A stretch of 64,000 bases of DNA from an uncultured archaeon (GTDB taxonomy: Archaea > Asgardarchaeota > Thorarchaeia > Thorarchaeales > Thorarchaeaceae), in NCBI GenBank assembly GCA_964354495.1, contig CAYHAA010000001.1, positions 257,870-321,869 on the forward strand. Reading direction: 5' to 3'. This document shows positions 34,113 to 42,410 of the stretch, one piece after another. The notes beneath the pieces are model-generated. The model saw only the letters and a program-made list of their open reading frames with translations, had not been told where the DNA came from and made no database searches. The translations under genes and the position numbers were made by a program. Each line of letters opens with the position of its first letter. Position 1 is the first letter of the stretch.

Positions 34113-35237
34113 ATGGAAGTCAAAAATATCGCAGTCGTTGGTGCAGGACTCATGGGTTCTGGAATTGCCTACATCTCTGCATGGAATGGATTCAATGTCT
34201 ACCTGCTAGATGTCAATGATGCAGCAGTCGAAGCGGGAATGGACCGCATTCGCAATGATGTAATGACTGGTATCAACAAGAACAAGATATCGATGTCTGA
34301 TGCAGAAGCACTTATGGGCCGGCTCAAATATGGCACCAAGCTTGAAGAAGGTGTCAAAGATGCAGACCTCGTCATTGAGGCAATCTTCGAGAACATGGAT
34401 GTCAAGAAGCAGCTCCTTGCAAAGGTGGACAAAGCAGCTCCCAAGCGTGCAGTACTCGCGACCAACACCTCCTCCCTGAGTATTGATGAGCTTGCTACAT
34501 CGACCACTCGTCCTGCTCAGTTTCTGGGAATGCACTATTTCTCTCCGGTTGCCGCAATGAAGCTTCTCGAGCTCGTCATCGGCAAAAAGACGAGTCCAGA
34601 GACCATTGCCATCGCAGTTGCAGTCGGGAAGAAACAGGGAAAGACAACTGTACAGGCCAAGAACAGTCCTGGCTTCATTGTCAATCGAATACTGAATCCC
34701 GTGCTCAGAGAGGCTATCATCCTCTATGAGAAGGGGGTTGCGACAAAGGAGGAAATCGATACTGCCATGACTGTACACGGCAGGATGCCTGCAGGACCAT
34801 TTTCCCTTAGCGATTTTGTTGGCCTTGATATTGCCTTCAATGCGATGAGCACGCTCTATCGTGAGCTTGGGGATTGTTACAAGCCTCCTGATACTCTCAA
34901 GAAGCTTGTTGACTCTGGAGCCATAGGAATGAAGGCCAAGAAGGGCTTCTATGACTACACAGGTGCCAGTAAGGCCACTGAGAAGCCCAAAGGTGCTGAC
35001 CTCAAGTGGCTCGCGATGCGTATTCAATTGATGGCTATCCGTGAGGCAATGATGCTGGTCGATAGCGGGATTGCTACCCGAGCAGATATCGATCCCGCAA
35101 TGATCCTCGGCGCCAGCTTCCCGAAAGGTCCATTCGCCATGGCTGAGGAAATGGGTATGAACAAGGTTCGTGACGAGATCCAGAAGCTACACAAAGAGTT
35201 TGGCAACTGTTATCGCGTTCCCAAGATGCTGCAATAG
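34113..35237 (+). CDS. 3-hydroxyacyl-CoA dehydrogenase (NAD-binding plus duplicated C-terminal dimerisation domain)
   Basis: IAVVGAGLMGSGIAY is the Rossmann motif. NTSSLSI and FLGMHYFSPV are HBD motifs. A second C-terminal 3HCDH_C-like repeat is present. Confidence 0.85.
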   Translation: MEVKNIAVVGAGLMGSGIAYISAWNGFNVYLLDVNDAAVEAGMDRIRNDVMTGINKNKISMSDAEALMGRLKYGTKLEEGVKDADLVIEAIFENMDVKKQLLAKVDKAAPKRAVLATNTSSLSIDELATSTTRPAQFLGMHYFSPVAAMKLLELVIGKKTSPETIAIAVAVGKKQGKTTVQAKNSPGFIVNRILNPVLREAIILYEKGVATKEEIDTAMTVHGRMPAGPFSLSDFVGLDIAFNAMSTLYRELGDCYKPPDTLKKLVDSGAIGMKAKKGFYDYTGASKATEKPKGADLKWLAMRIQLMAIREAMMLVDSGIATRADIDPAMILGASFPKGPFAMAEEMGMNKVRDEIQKLHKEFGNCYRVPKMLQ

Positions 35238-35247
35238 GGACCGGAAT

Positions 35248-35286
35248 CTGGCGGCAACATTAGCGCCGCCAGTTTCTCTTTTTTTA
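35248..35286 (+). terminator. Hairpin plus T-tract terminator (CTGGCGGC-aacattag-CGCCGCCAG then TTTCTCTTTTTTTA)
   Basis: An 8-9 bp GC stem is followed by a T-rich run, 11 nt after the stop of the dehydrogenase gene. Confidence 0.5.
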
Positions 35287-35370
35287 TCCTATGTATCACA
35301 ATCAAGGAACCATAGTTTTTAAGAGGCGCGAAGTCTTGCAGACCTCCAGAACTATTCAAAGGTGTATGAA

Positions 35371-36183
35371 ATGGGCGAATACAAAACAATGCTGTATAGC
35401 AAAGAGGGTACGTTTCTCACCCCTGTCAAGAATATTGCAGTTATTAAGATGAATAGGCCAGATGCACTGAACGCAATCAATGACCAATTCATGCTTGATC
35501 TTGGTGCTGCACTTGATGAGGCTGAGAAGGATCCAGACATTCGGTCTGTGATAATAGGGACAAATCACCCCAAGGTCTATTGTACTGGAGCAGACTTGAA
35601 GATGGCTCAAGGATTCCTCAAAGATCCTAATTCAGTTGCCGGTGCTATCAAACAAGGGCAAATGGTTATTGACAAAATAGCTAGGCTCAGTAAGCCAGTG
35701 ATTGCTGCTATTCACGGGCTGTGCCTCGGTGGCGGTACAGAGATTGCTCTTGCTTCCGATGTTCGAATATGTGATACTGAAGCAAAGATAGGCTGCCCCG
35801 AAGTTGCTCTGGGATTGATTCCAGCTTGGGGTGGCTGTGTACGGATGGCAAGAGTGGCTGGACTTGGAAAGGCACTCGAGTTGATTTTGACCGGAGCTCA
35901 GCTAACAGGAGCTGAAGCATTAGCAGCTGGACTTGTCAGCAAGGTCGTAAGTCCTGATGATCTGCAAAGCGAAGCAATCAAGCTCGCGATGAAATTTGGC
36001 CAGAATGCACCAATTGCACTCAAGCTAGCCAAGAGGGCTACTCATATGGCTTTTGACGCCAACTATGAAGCGAACCTGAAATATGAGGTCGATGCCTCTG
36101 TTGAATGTTTCAAGACTGCTGACCTTGGAGAAGGTATTTCTGGAATACTTGAGAAGCGCCAACCCAAGTTCAAGGGCAAGTAG
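35371..36183 (+). CDS. Enoyl-CoA hydratase/isomerase (crotonase fold)
   Basis: IAVIKMNRPDALNA, the oxyanion-hole region AAIHGLCLGGGTEIALASD, and GLIPAWGG are crotonase signatures. Confidence 0.85.
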   Translation: MGEYKTMLYSKEGTFLTPVKNIAVIKMNRPDALNAINDQFMLDLGAALDEAEKDPDIRSVIIGTNHPKVYCTGADLKMAQGFLKDPNSVAGAIKQGQMVIDKIARLSKPVIAAIHGLCLGGGTEIALASDVRICDTEAKIGCPEVALGLIPAWGGCVRMARVAGLGKALELILTGAQLTGAEALAAGLVSKVVSPDDLQSEAIKLAMKFGQNAPIALKLAKRATHMAFDANYEANLKYEVDASVECFKTADLGEGISGILEKRQPKFKGK

Positions 36184-36201
36184 AAGCAGTTCAATTGCTG
36201 A

Positions 36202-36239
36202 CCCACAACCAGGAAGGTTGTGGGCTTTCTCTCTTTTTC
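36202..36239 (+). terminator. Hairpin plus T-tract terminator (CCCACAACC-aggaa-GGTTGTGGG then CTTTCTCTCTTTTTCA)
   Basis: A perfect 9-bp stem is followed by a T-rich tract, 19 nt after the crotonase stop. Confidence 0.5.
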
Positions 36240-36412
36240 ATGATGTTTTCTCGCGTTCATTATCTTTCTCGCTAATTATCAATATTGAACCTGATTTGCA
36301 GGGAAAGCGTCAACCTTAAGACCTCGATACTAGAGGTTGCCTGACTGAAAGTGGAGCATGATTGGATGTTTCACATCGATCATATTCATGCTCTTACTGC
36401 GGAGGATATGAA

Positions 36413-37579
36413 ATGGCAAGAAGAGTTGCTGTAGTCGCTGGAGGCCACAGCAAATTCGGTAAAAGGTATGATGCAACCATGCGGGAGCTCTGCGCTGAGG
36501 CCTACAAACCAATTTATGATGTAGGCATCACTCAGGACAAGATAGACGCCAGCGTCCTTTCGTACGCAGCCTCGCAGTTCACAGGTCAGGGCGCTGGCTC
36601 AGCCCTGATGGCTGACTACATTGGTATGCAAGAAAAACCCCATCTTAGAGTAGAATCTGCGTGCACCACCGGAACTGCAAGTCTGAGAGCTGCTTGGGGA
36701 ATGGTTGCGGCTGGTCTCTATGATGTCATGCTCGTGATGGGTGTTGAGCAGATGAATCGTGTATCATCAGCTACTGCAACTGAATACATGTCTCGAGCAG
36801 GAGACATGCGTTGGGAGTATCCCTATGGAATCAGTTTCCCTGCATTCTATGCACTGATGGCTTCGCGGTATATGAGTGAATACAAAATGCCGCACGACAT
36901 CCTAGCGCAAATCGCTGTCAAGTCCCATCACTATGGTGCTCAGAATCCCAAGGCACATCTCCCCAAGGAAGTGTCCTTTGAGGAGGCGAATAACGCTATT
37001 CCGATATGCAGGCCTCTCAACCTATACGACTGTAGCCTAATCACTGATGGCGCTGCTGCAATTGTCATTGCGGCAGAAGAAAAAGTGAAACAATTCACTG
37101 ATCGACCTATGTGGATAAAGGGTATCGGAGCAGGCGCATCTGAGAATATGATTCAGGACCGTCCTACTTTGACTTCAATCCCAGGAGCAAAGCGTGCAGC
37201 GGCAGCGGCGTACAAGATGGCTGGCGTAAAACCAGAAGACATCGATATGGCTGAGGTTCACGATTGTTTCACAATCGCCGAATTGATTGCCTACGAGGAC
37301 TGTGGTTTTGCGGCTCCAGGAAAAGGCCCAGAGTTGGTCGAGAATAAGGAAAACTATCATACCGGTAGAATTCCAGTGAACTGTGATGGTGGTCTTAAGA
37401 GCAAGGGACATCCCCTAGGAGCTACAGGAATCTCAATGACCTATGAGGTCATGAAGCAGATGAGGGGTGAAGCAGAGGCCAAATCGCGTCAGATTAAAGA
37501 TGTCAAGTACGGCCTGGTTCACAACGTGGGGCAGTCCGGGCAGTTTGTGAACGTCTTCATCTATGAGAGGGGTTGGTAA
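36413..37579 (+). CDS. Thiolase-like protein (archaeal acetyl-CoA C-acyltransferase / SCP-x-type thiolase, DUF35 partner)
   Basis: The thiolase fold includes active-site Cys context ESACTTGTASL and C-terminal NCDGGLKSKGHPLGATG. The probable start is MARRVAVVAGG at 36413; the ORF track begins 51 nt earlier. It is followed directly by a DUF35 OB-fold protein, the classic archaeal pairing. Confidence 0.8.
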   Translation: MARRVAVVAGGHSKFGKRYDATMRELCAEAYKPIYDVGITQDKIDASVLSYAASQFTGQGAGSALMADYIGMQEKPHLRVESACTTGTASLRAAWGMVAAGLYDVMLVMGVEQMNRVSSATATEYMSRAGDMRWEYPYGISFPAFYALMASRYMSEYKMPHDILAQIAVKSHHYGAQNPKAHLPKEVSFEEANNAIPICRPLNLYDCSLITDGAAAIVIAAEEKVKQFTDRPMWIKGIGAGASENMIQDRPTLTSIPGAKRAAAAAYKMAGVKPEDIDMAEVHDCFTIAELIAYEDCGFAAPGKGPELVENKENYHTGRIPVNCDGGLKSKGHPLGATGISMTYEVMKQMRGEAEAKSRQIKDVKYGLVHNVGQSGQFVNVFIYERGW

Positions 37580-37582
37580 ATC

Positions 37583-38002
37583 ATGGCAGAGAAAAAGGAA
37601 CTCTATCTAGGGTACTCCACAGACAAGGCAATCACGCCCTTCATGCAGAATTTTCTGGAACATCTAGACCAGGGTCGTCTGATGAAAAGCAAATGTGGCA
37701 AGTGCGGAAAAGAGTATCTTCCTCCAAGACAGCACTGCCAGAAGGACATGAGTGAATGTACCTTGGTTGAAGTGAAAGAGAAAGAAGCCAAGTTATACTC
37801 CTATGTGATTGTTGACTTTGCACCAGAAAGCCTCTCATCAAAGCAGCCCTATGTAGTGGCCATCGGTCAATTTCCATCAGGGCTGAAGCTGACAGCGCAT
37901 ATTACTAACCTGATGAGCCTGCCCGAGGTTGGAATGAAGCTCAAACTGGGTTTTGACAAGTCACCCGATGGCAAGATGGTCACATATAGGTGGCTAGTAT
38001 AG
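37583..38002 (+). CDS. DUF35 OB-fold / zinc-ribbon protein (thiolase-associated)
   Basis: CGKCGKEYLPPRQHC is a rubredoxin-like zinc ribbon, followed by an OB-fold segment. It starts 4 nt after the thiolase-like gene. Confidence 0.75.
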   Translation: MAEKKELYLGYSTDKAITPFMQNFLEHLDQGRLMKSKCGKCGKEYLPPRQHCQKDMSECTLVEVKEKEAKLYSYVIVDFAPESLSSKQPYVVAIGQFPSGLKLTAHITNLMSLPEVGMKLKLGFDKSPDGKMVTYRWLV

Positions 38003-38009
38003 CTCAAAT

Positions 38010-38041
38010 CGGGGGCTTGAGCCCCCGTCTACCTCTTTTTT
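38010..38041. terminator. Hairpin plus T-tract (CGGGGGC-ttga-GCCCCCG then TCTACCTCTTTTTT) between convergent genes
   Basis: The stem is palindromic, so it could terminate transcripts from either strand. It lies between DUF35 (+) and the 38073..38411 (-) gene. Confidence 0.45.
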
Positions 38042-38072
38042 GGTGAAGCATCGGTCTGTTCAGGATGTTTTT

Positions 38073-38411
38073 TCATTGTTTTGAATACAGCTCAAGGATC
38101 TTTGCCCACCGTGACTGAAGGCGTACAGCTCTCAATGTCTGTAGATAGACTGCCGAAGCCCTTGCAGAATCACAGCCCTCGATCTCATCTACGGCATGAT
38201 TGATGATCTCTGTGATGTCTTTGAACCTTCTCCGGCCGTCATTTCGTAGATAGCCTGCGAACGCGACATAGTCTCTACTCTTCTGGCCTAGCCCTTGGAG
38301 AAGCATTATTTCATCCTGAACTACTGCATTCAGCTCATAGGAATTCTCGAGGGACTTCTTCATGGCGCTTAGACTATCGATATAGACGTGATTCGTCCCT
38401 TTTGAATCCAA
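38073..38411 (-). CDS. Hypothetical protein (112 aa)
   Basis: ORF convergent with the beta-oxidation operon. No motif recognised. Confidence 0.35.
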   Translation of the reverse strand: MDSKGTNHVYIDSLSAMKKSLENSYELNAVVQDEIMLLQGLGQKSRDYVAFAGYLRNDGRRRFKDITEIINHAVDEIEGCDSARASAVYLQTLRAVRLQSRWAKILELYSKQ

Positions 38412-38589
38412 GCATATCAGTCCCCTAATCTTATAGTTGCATTTACGGTTCGAACCACTAATTAAACATTAAGCATCAAAACTCATCAGAATCCCAGCAA
38501 GCGCCATTTCCCCGATGTCGCCGCTTCTCAGGAATATCTGGTTCTTCCGAAGGCTTATTACATTGGTTTGAGCCACCCCGCCCATTACT

Positions 38590-39390
38590 TTGGAGGAACT
38601 GGTTGTGTCTGAACAAGAAATACTCTATGAGGTATCCGATGGTATTGCTACTATCACCATCAATAGACCAGCGAAATACAATGCACTATGCACCTCAGTC
38701 GTGACTACTCTGAGGCAGCTCTTCAAGAAAGCTGAGGGAGCTAGTTCGGTTAGGGTTATTCTTCTTACAGGTGCTGGTGAGAAAGCGTTTGCAGCGGGGG
38801 CCGATATTACTGAGTTTCAGGGAAAAGACTCCAAGACGGTTCGACCTCTTACAGAGAATGGACAAGAGCTATGCAAATACATAGAATCGATGGGCAAACC
38901 TGTCATAGCTGTTGTGAACGGATTCGCGTTAGGCGGAGGTTGCGAGATTGCCATGTCATGTGACATCCGATACGCGTCCTCCAATGCGAAATTCGGCCAA
39001 CCCGAAATAAATCTCGGAATCATTCCGGGTTTTGGTGGTACTGCGCGGCTCGCGCGACTTGTCGGTCTTGGTATGGCTAAGGAGCTAATATACGGCGGAG
39101 AACAGATTAAGTGTGAAGAGGCTCTCAGAATTGGCCTTGTCAACAAGATGTTCGAGTCTGTCGAAGAACTTCGGAATGGCGCGATGCAACTTGCTCGAAA
39201 GCTCGCGGCGAAGCCGGGTGTCGCGTTGGCACTCTCAAAGCAGTCCCTCAATAATTCTTGGGAGATGCCTCTCAACAAGAACTTGAAATTCGAAGTCGAT
39301 GTGTTCTGCAAGACCTTTGATACAGAAGACAAGGATGAGGGCGTCAGCGCGTTCTTAGGCAAGCGAGAAGCCAAGTTCAAGCACAAGTAG
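38590..39390 (+). CDS. Enoyl-CoA hydratase/isomerase (crotonase fold), second copy
   Basis: IATITINRPAKYNAL, AVVNGFALGGGCEIAMSCD (oxyanion hole) and GIIPGFGG are present. TTG/GTG start. Confidence 0.85.
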   Translation: MEELVVSEQEILYEVSDGIATITINRPAKYNALCTSVVTTLRQLFKKAEGASSVRVILLTGAGEKAFAAGADITEFQGKDSKTVRPLTENGQELCKYIESMGKPVIAVVNGFALGGGCEIAMSCDIRYASSNAKFGQPEINLGIIPGFGGTARLARLVGLGMAKELIYGGEQIKCEEALRIGLVNKMFESVEELRNGAMQLARKLAAKPGVALALSKQSLNNSWEMPLNKNLKFEVDVFCKTFDTEDKDEGVSAFLGKREAKFKHK

Positions 39391-39415
39391 ATGGGTGCAC
39401 GGGTTTGGAATCCCG

Positions 39416-40351
39416 TCACCTTCTCTCTATTTTGAGGTGTCCATCTTCCTCGATTATTTTCCCCTTTTTCTTGAGCAGCTCAACATGCTTCTCAAGCATG
39501 AATACCTCGAAAGCACGATAGAGCTCCATCGGGATTCGCCGATAGATGGTTGGTTTGAGAGCCATCTTCTCAATAGTATCGATACCACTCGCAATATTGT
39601 CGAGCACACGCCTCTCTCTCTCGCCGAAGACTCTCGTGAACGCCTGCAGTCTCATTTTGAGATCCTCAGTGACGGGGTCAATGAGGTGGCTGCTAATTCC
39701 TGTCCTTGGATTCATCTCAATCACCCGCTCCACGGACTTCTTGAAATCCGCAATATCACTCACCTTATTTCCATACCATGGCCCAAAGCTTGTCAAATCG
39801 ATGTCGACCAGGAAAATTGTATCATAGCCATTGATGCCAAAACAGGTATGGTCCAGTGTATGACCCGGCAGATGAATCGGAATAATCTCAGTTTCACCAC
39901 AGCTGATGGCTTTTCTATCTTCGAAGGTGCCAGTGACATTATACTCCGCCAAGACATGTGCAAAACTCGTGTTGATGAACACTCTCCAGACGTCGTATTG
40001 ACTGCGCCCCTCCATTCCGTAGTAGTCGACCATCCCTTTGAAGGTTCGAACCCCCTTCTCGGCGAGTGGATGACATATCATTTCACAATCTGCAGCTCTT
40101 TGAATGATTGCGGCATAGCCCTTATGGTCGATATGGAAGTGTGTCAGGATAATCCTCTCAATATCGGAGAGTTCATGGCCGAGGTCTCTCAAAGTCCGTG
40201 TTACGTTTTCCATGCTTGTGCCGGCATCCACCAGCGTCAGAATCTCGTCATCAATCAGCAGTGTATTCGCCTCAGGAAAACCAGCTCCATTCTTACCTCT
40301 CACAAGGTGTACCTTTGGCAAGACCTCGATGTGTGTTGGATACTCGGACAT
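39416..40351 (-). CDS. MBL-fold metallo-hydrolase
   Basis: ILTHFHIDHKGY is the HxHxDH metal-binding motif. Downstream D and H residues are consistent with the metallo-beta-lactamase superfamily. Confidence 0.75.
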   Translation of the reverse strand: MSEYPTHIEVLPKVHLVRGKNGAGFPEANTLLIDDEILTLVDAGTSMENVTRTLRDLGHELSDIERIILTHFHIDHKGYAAIIQRAADCEMICHPLAEKGVRTFKGMVDYYGMEGRSQYDVWRVFINTSFAHVLAEYNVTGTFEDRKAISCGETEIIPIHLPGHTLDHTCFGINGYDTIFLVDIDLTSFGPWYGNKVSDIADFKKSVERVIEMNPRTGISSHLIDPVTEDLKMRLQAFTRVFGERERRVLDNIASGIDTIEKMALKPTIYRRIPMELYRAFEVFMLEKHVELLKKKGKIIEEDGHLKIERR

Positions 40352-40451
40352 TGCAGTTCAGTCTCTTCTTGTCCTAAATAACTCTCTCTGTCGCACAATC
40401 TATATTGCACGGTGTCGTTCTACTATATTCAATCATATGTAGGTGAGTTCG

Positions 40452-41909
40452 ATGAGTCAACGCTTGTTTGCAGTATTTGATATAGGTACCACAGGAACAC
40501 GATCGGTAATAATTGATGAAGAGGGCCGTGAACTCAGCAAGGCGTACGAGGAATATCCCAGCAAGCCCGCCGAGCTCAAGACGCATGAGCAGCTTGCAGA
40601 CACGTTTTGGCGGACTTCTGCAAACACCATGCAGCGTGCTCTATCAGCATGCAAGTACGGTGCTGATGCGATAGTCGGAGTTGTCGTGACCACGACAAGG
40701 GACAGTATCACGCCGATTGACTCCAAGGGCAATCCATTAGCTCCCACAATCACTTGGGTTGATAATCGGTCCAGCAAGAAGAGCAAGGAGCTCGCCGATA
40801 TAATTGGCCCGCGAAAAAGCGTCAACAAGATGATGTGGTTCATTGAGAACAGACCAGACTTCTTCAAGAAGGTCCATAAATGGGCACCATTGGACGCGCT
40901 CATAAACAGTCGATTATGCGGTGTTCTGGCCAGCTCTCCTGCGGATGCGCGCTTTGGACCAATTGATCATGAAACACTCCAGTGGTCTGAAGAAATATGT
41001 GAGGCCACTGGCATTCCTATTGACAAGCTCGTACGAATCGTGAACTCCGGGTCGACGATTGGAGAACTATCATCTGCAGCTGCCAAGACCACAGGTCTGA
41101 GAAAGGGCACCCCTGTTATAATGGGAAGCGGTGATCAACAATGCTCAGCCCTAGGAATGGGTGTCATTGAGCCAGGAGTTGTGAAGGCAACAACGGGCAC
41201 AGGAACGTTCGTAATCACCCACCTTGATGAGTTCATGGAGAATCCCTTTGTCATGTTCTGCCATCCCTCAGCGATGCCGGGCAAATGGATCTTGGAGGGT
41301 GTTATACCAGGGACAGGACTCACCTACAAATGGTACAGAGATCAGTATTGTGAACCTGAGATGGCGTTGGCGGTTCAAACAGAGATGGATGCCTACCAAA
41401 TAATGGAGACCTCGGCGGCCTCAGTCCCTGCAGGCAGTGATGGTCTTGTAGTGTTTCCATTCATGGCATACGGTCTTGGAATCATCTATCATCTAAGTTT
41501 CCGTCATACTAAGGCTCACGTAGCACGAGCAATACTCGAGGCGAATGGCTACGGAATCAAGATGTACATCGAGATGATGGAGGGTATGTTGGATGCCAAG
41601 TTTGACGAACTCCGCATTGATGGCGGCGGAGCCAACTCACCTCTGTGGCGACAGATTCAGGCTGACTGCTCTGAGAAACCTGTGGTCCTTCCGCGGATCA
41701 GAGATTCAACAGTCAACGGTGCTGCAATGCTTGGCACAGTTGGGACAGGTATCTACGGCTCTTACAAAGAGGCTGTTGAGAATATGTTCCACATCGAAGA
41801 ACGCCGGGAACCCATTCCTGAGAATGTCATCATCTACAGGAAACAGTACCAGACTTTCAACAAACTCCTGAATTCGGAATTGGGCAATATACTGGAATCA
41901 ATCTCGTAG
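40452..41909 (+). CDS. FGGY-family carbohydrate kinase, glycerol-kinase-like
   Basis: The N-terminal FAVFDIGTTGTRSVIIDEEG is the FGGY phosphate-1 motif. The C-terminal GGGANSPLWRQIQADCSEKPV is the FGGY_C motif. It sits immediately upstream of glpABC-like genes, though on an independent transcript. Confidence 0.7.
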   Translation: MSQRLFAVFDIGTTGTRSVIIDEEGRELSKAYEEYPSKPAELKTHEQLADTFWRTSANTMQRALSACKYGADAIVGVVVTTTRDSITPIDSKGNPLAPTITWVDNRSSKKSKELADIIGPRKSVNKMMWFIENRPDFFKKVHKWAPLDALINSRLCGVLASSPADARFGPIDHETLQWSEEICEATGIPIDKLVRIVNSGSTIGELSSAAAKTTGLRKGTPVIMGSGDQQCSALGMGVIEPGVVKATTGTGTFVITHLDEFMENPFVMFCHPSAMPGKWILEGVIPGTGLTYKWYRDQYCEPEMALAVQTEMDAYQIMETSAASVPAGSDGLVVFPFMAYGLGIIYHLSFRHTKAHVARAILEANGYGIKMYIEMMEGMLDAKFDELRIDGGGANSPLWRQIQADCSEKPVVLPRIRDSTVNGAAMLGTVGTGIYGSYKEAVENMFHIEERREPIPENVIIYRKQYQTFNKLLNSELGNILESIS

Positions 41910-41973
41910 AAGAAACGAAACGTCCGAGGCAGGTACTGTGTAGATCCATGCGGATACTGGGCCGAAGAGGCGC

Positions 41974-42252
41974 TTACTCCTTGTCTTCGTCCCGATTGTC
42001 TTCCCAGATTCTGCCGAAGAACACTAAGGCCAGAACAAGCTCGGAACCTTTTGCATTCTGAGCCAGATACTCGATCGATTCACTAATAGTGTTCTCGTGC
42101 TCCCATGCATGTCGGGCAAGGTCCACAAGATCATCGAATCTCTTGTCAGGAATTTCGAGTGCTTGGGTAATCTTCTCGGTATCGTGACCTTTTACATTGA
42201 GAGTACCAAGATTATATTCTGGCATCTTCACGTACACCTTAGCAGCCAGCAT
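41974..42252 (-). CDS. Hypothetical small protein (92 aa)
   Basis: ORF between the kinase and glpA. Acidic C-terminus. No motif recognised. Confidence 0.3.
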   Translation of the reverse strand: MLAAKVYVKMPEYNLGTLNVKGHDTEKITQALEIPDKRFDDLVDLARHAWEHENTISESIEYLAQNAKGSELVLALVFFGRIWEDNRDEDKE

Positions 42253-42410
42253 GGGCCCGGTCCTTTTAATCTATCTGCGGCTGGAATTCTGCAAATCTGC
42301 ACTAATGAGTGCAATCGAAACCCTTGTATTGCGCGTAGAAGACTCCCCCAGTGAGGCAGAGATTCTATCTGTGAAAGCTCCATGACCGAAATCTTCGGGG
42401 ATTCCATTCT

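Noticed and set aside
38447-38456. GGTTCGAACC, a T-loop-like palindrome that might mark a tRNA 3' half in the 38412..38589 gap
   Set aside because: Flanking sequence cannot form a T-stem, acceptor stem or anticodon arm. There is no CCA-adjacent complementarity. It is just a short palindrome.
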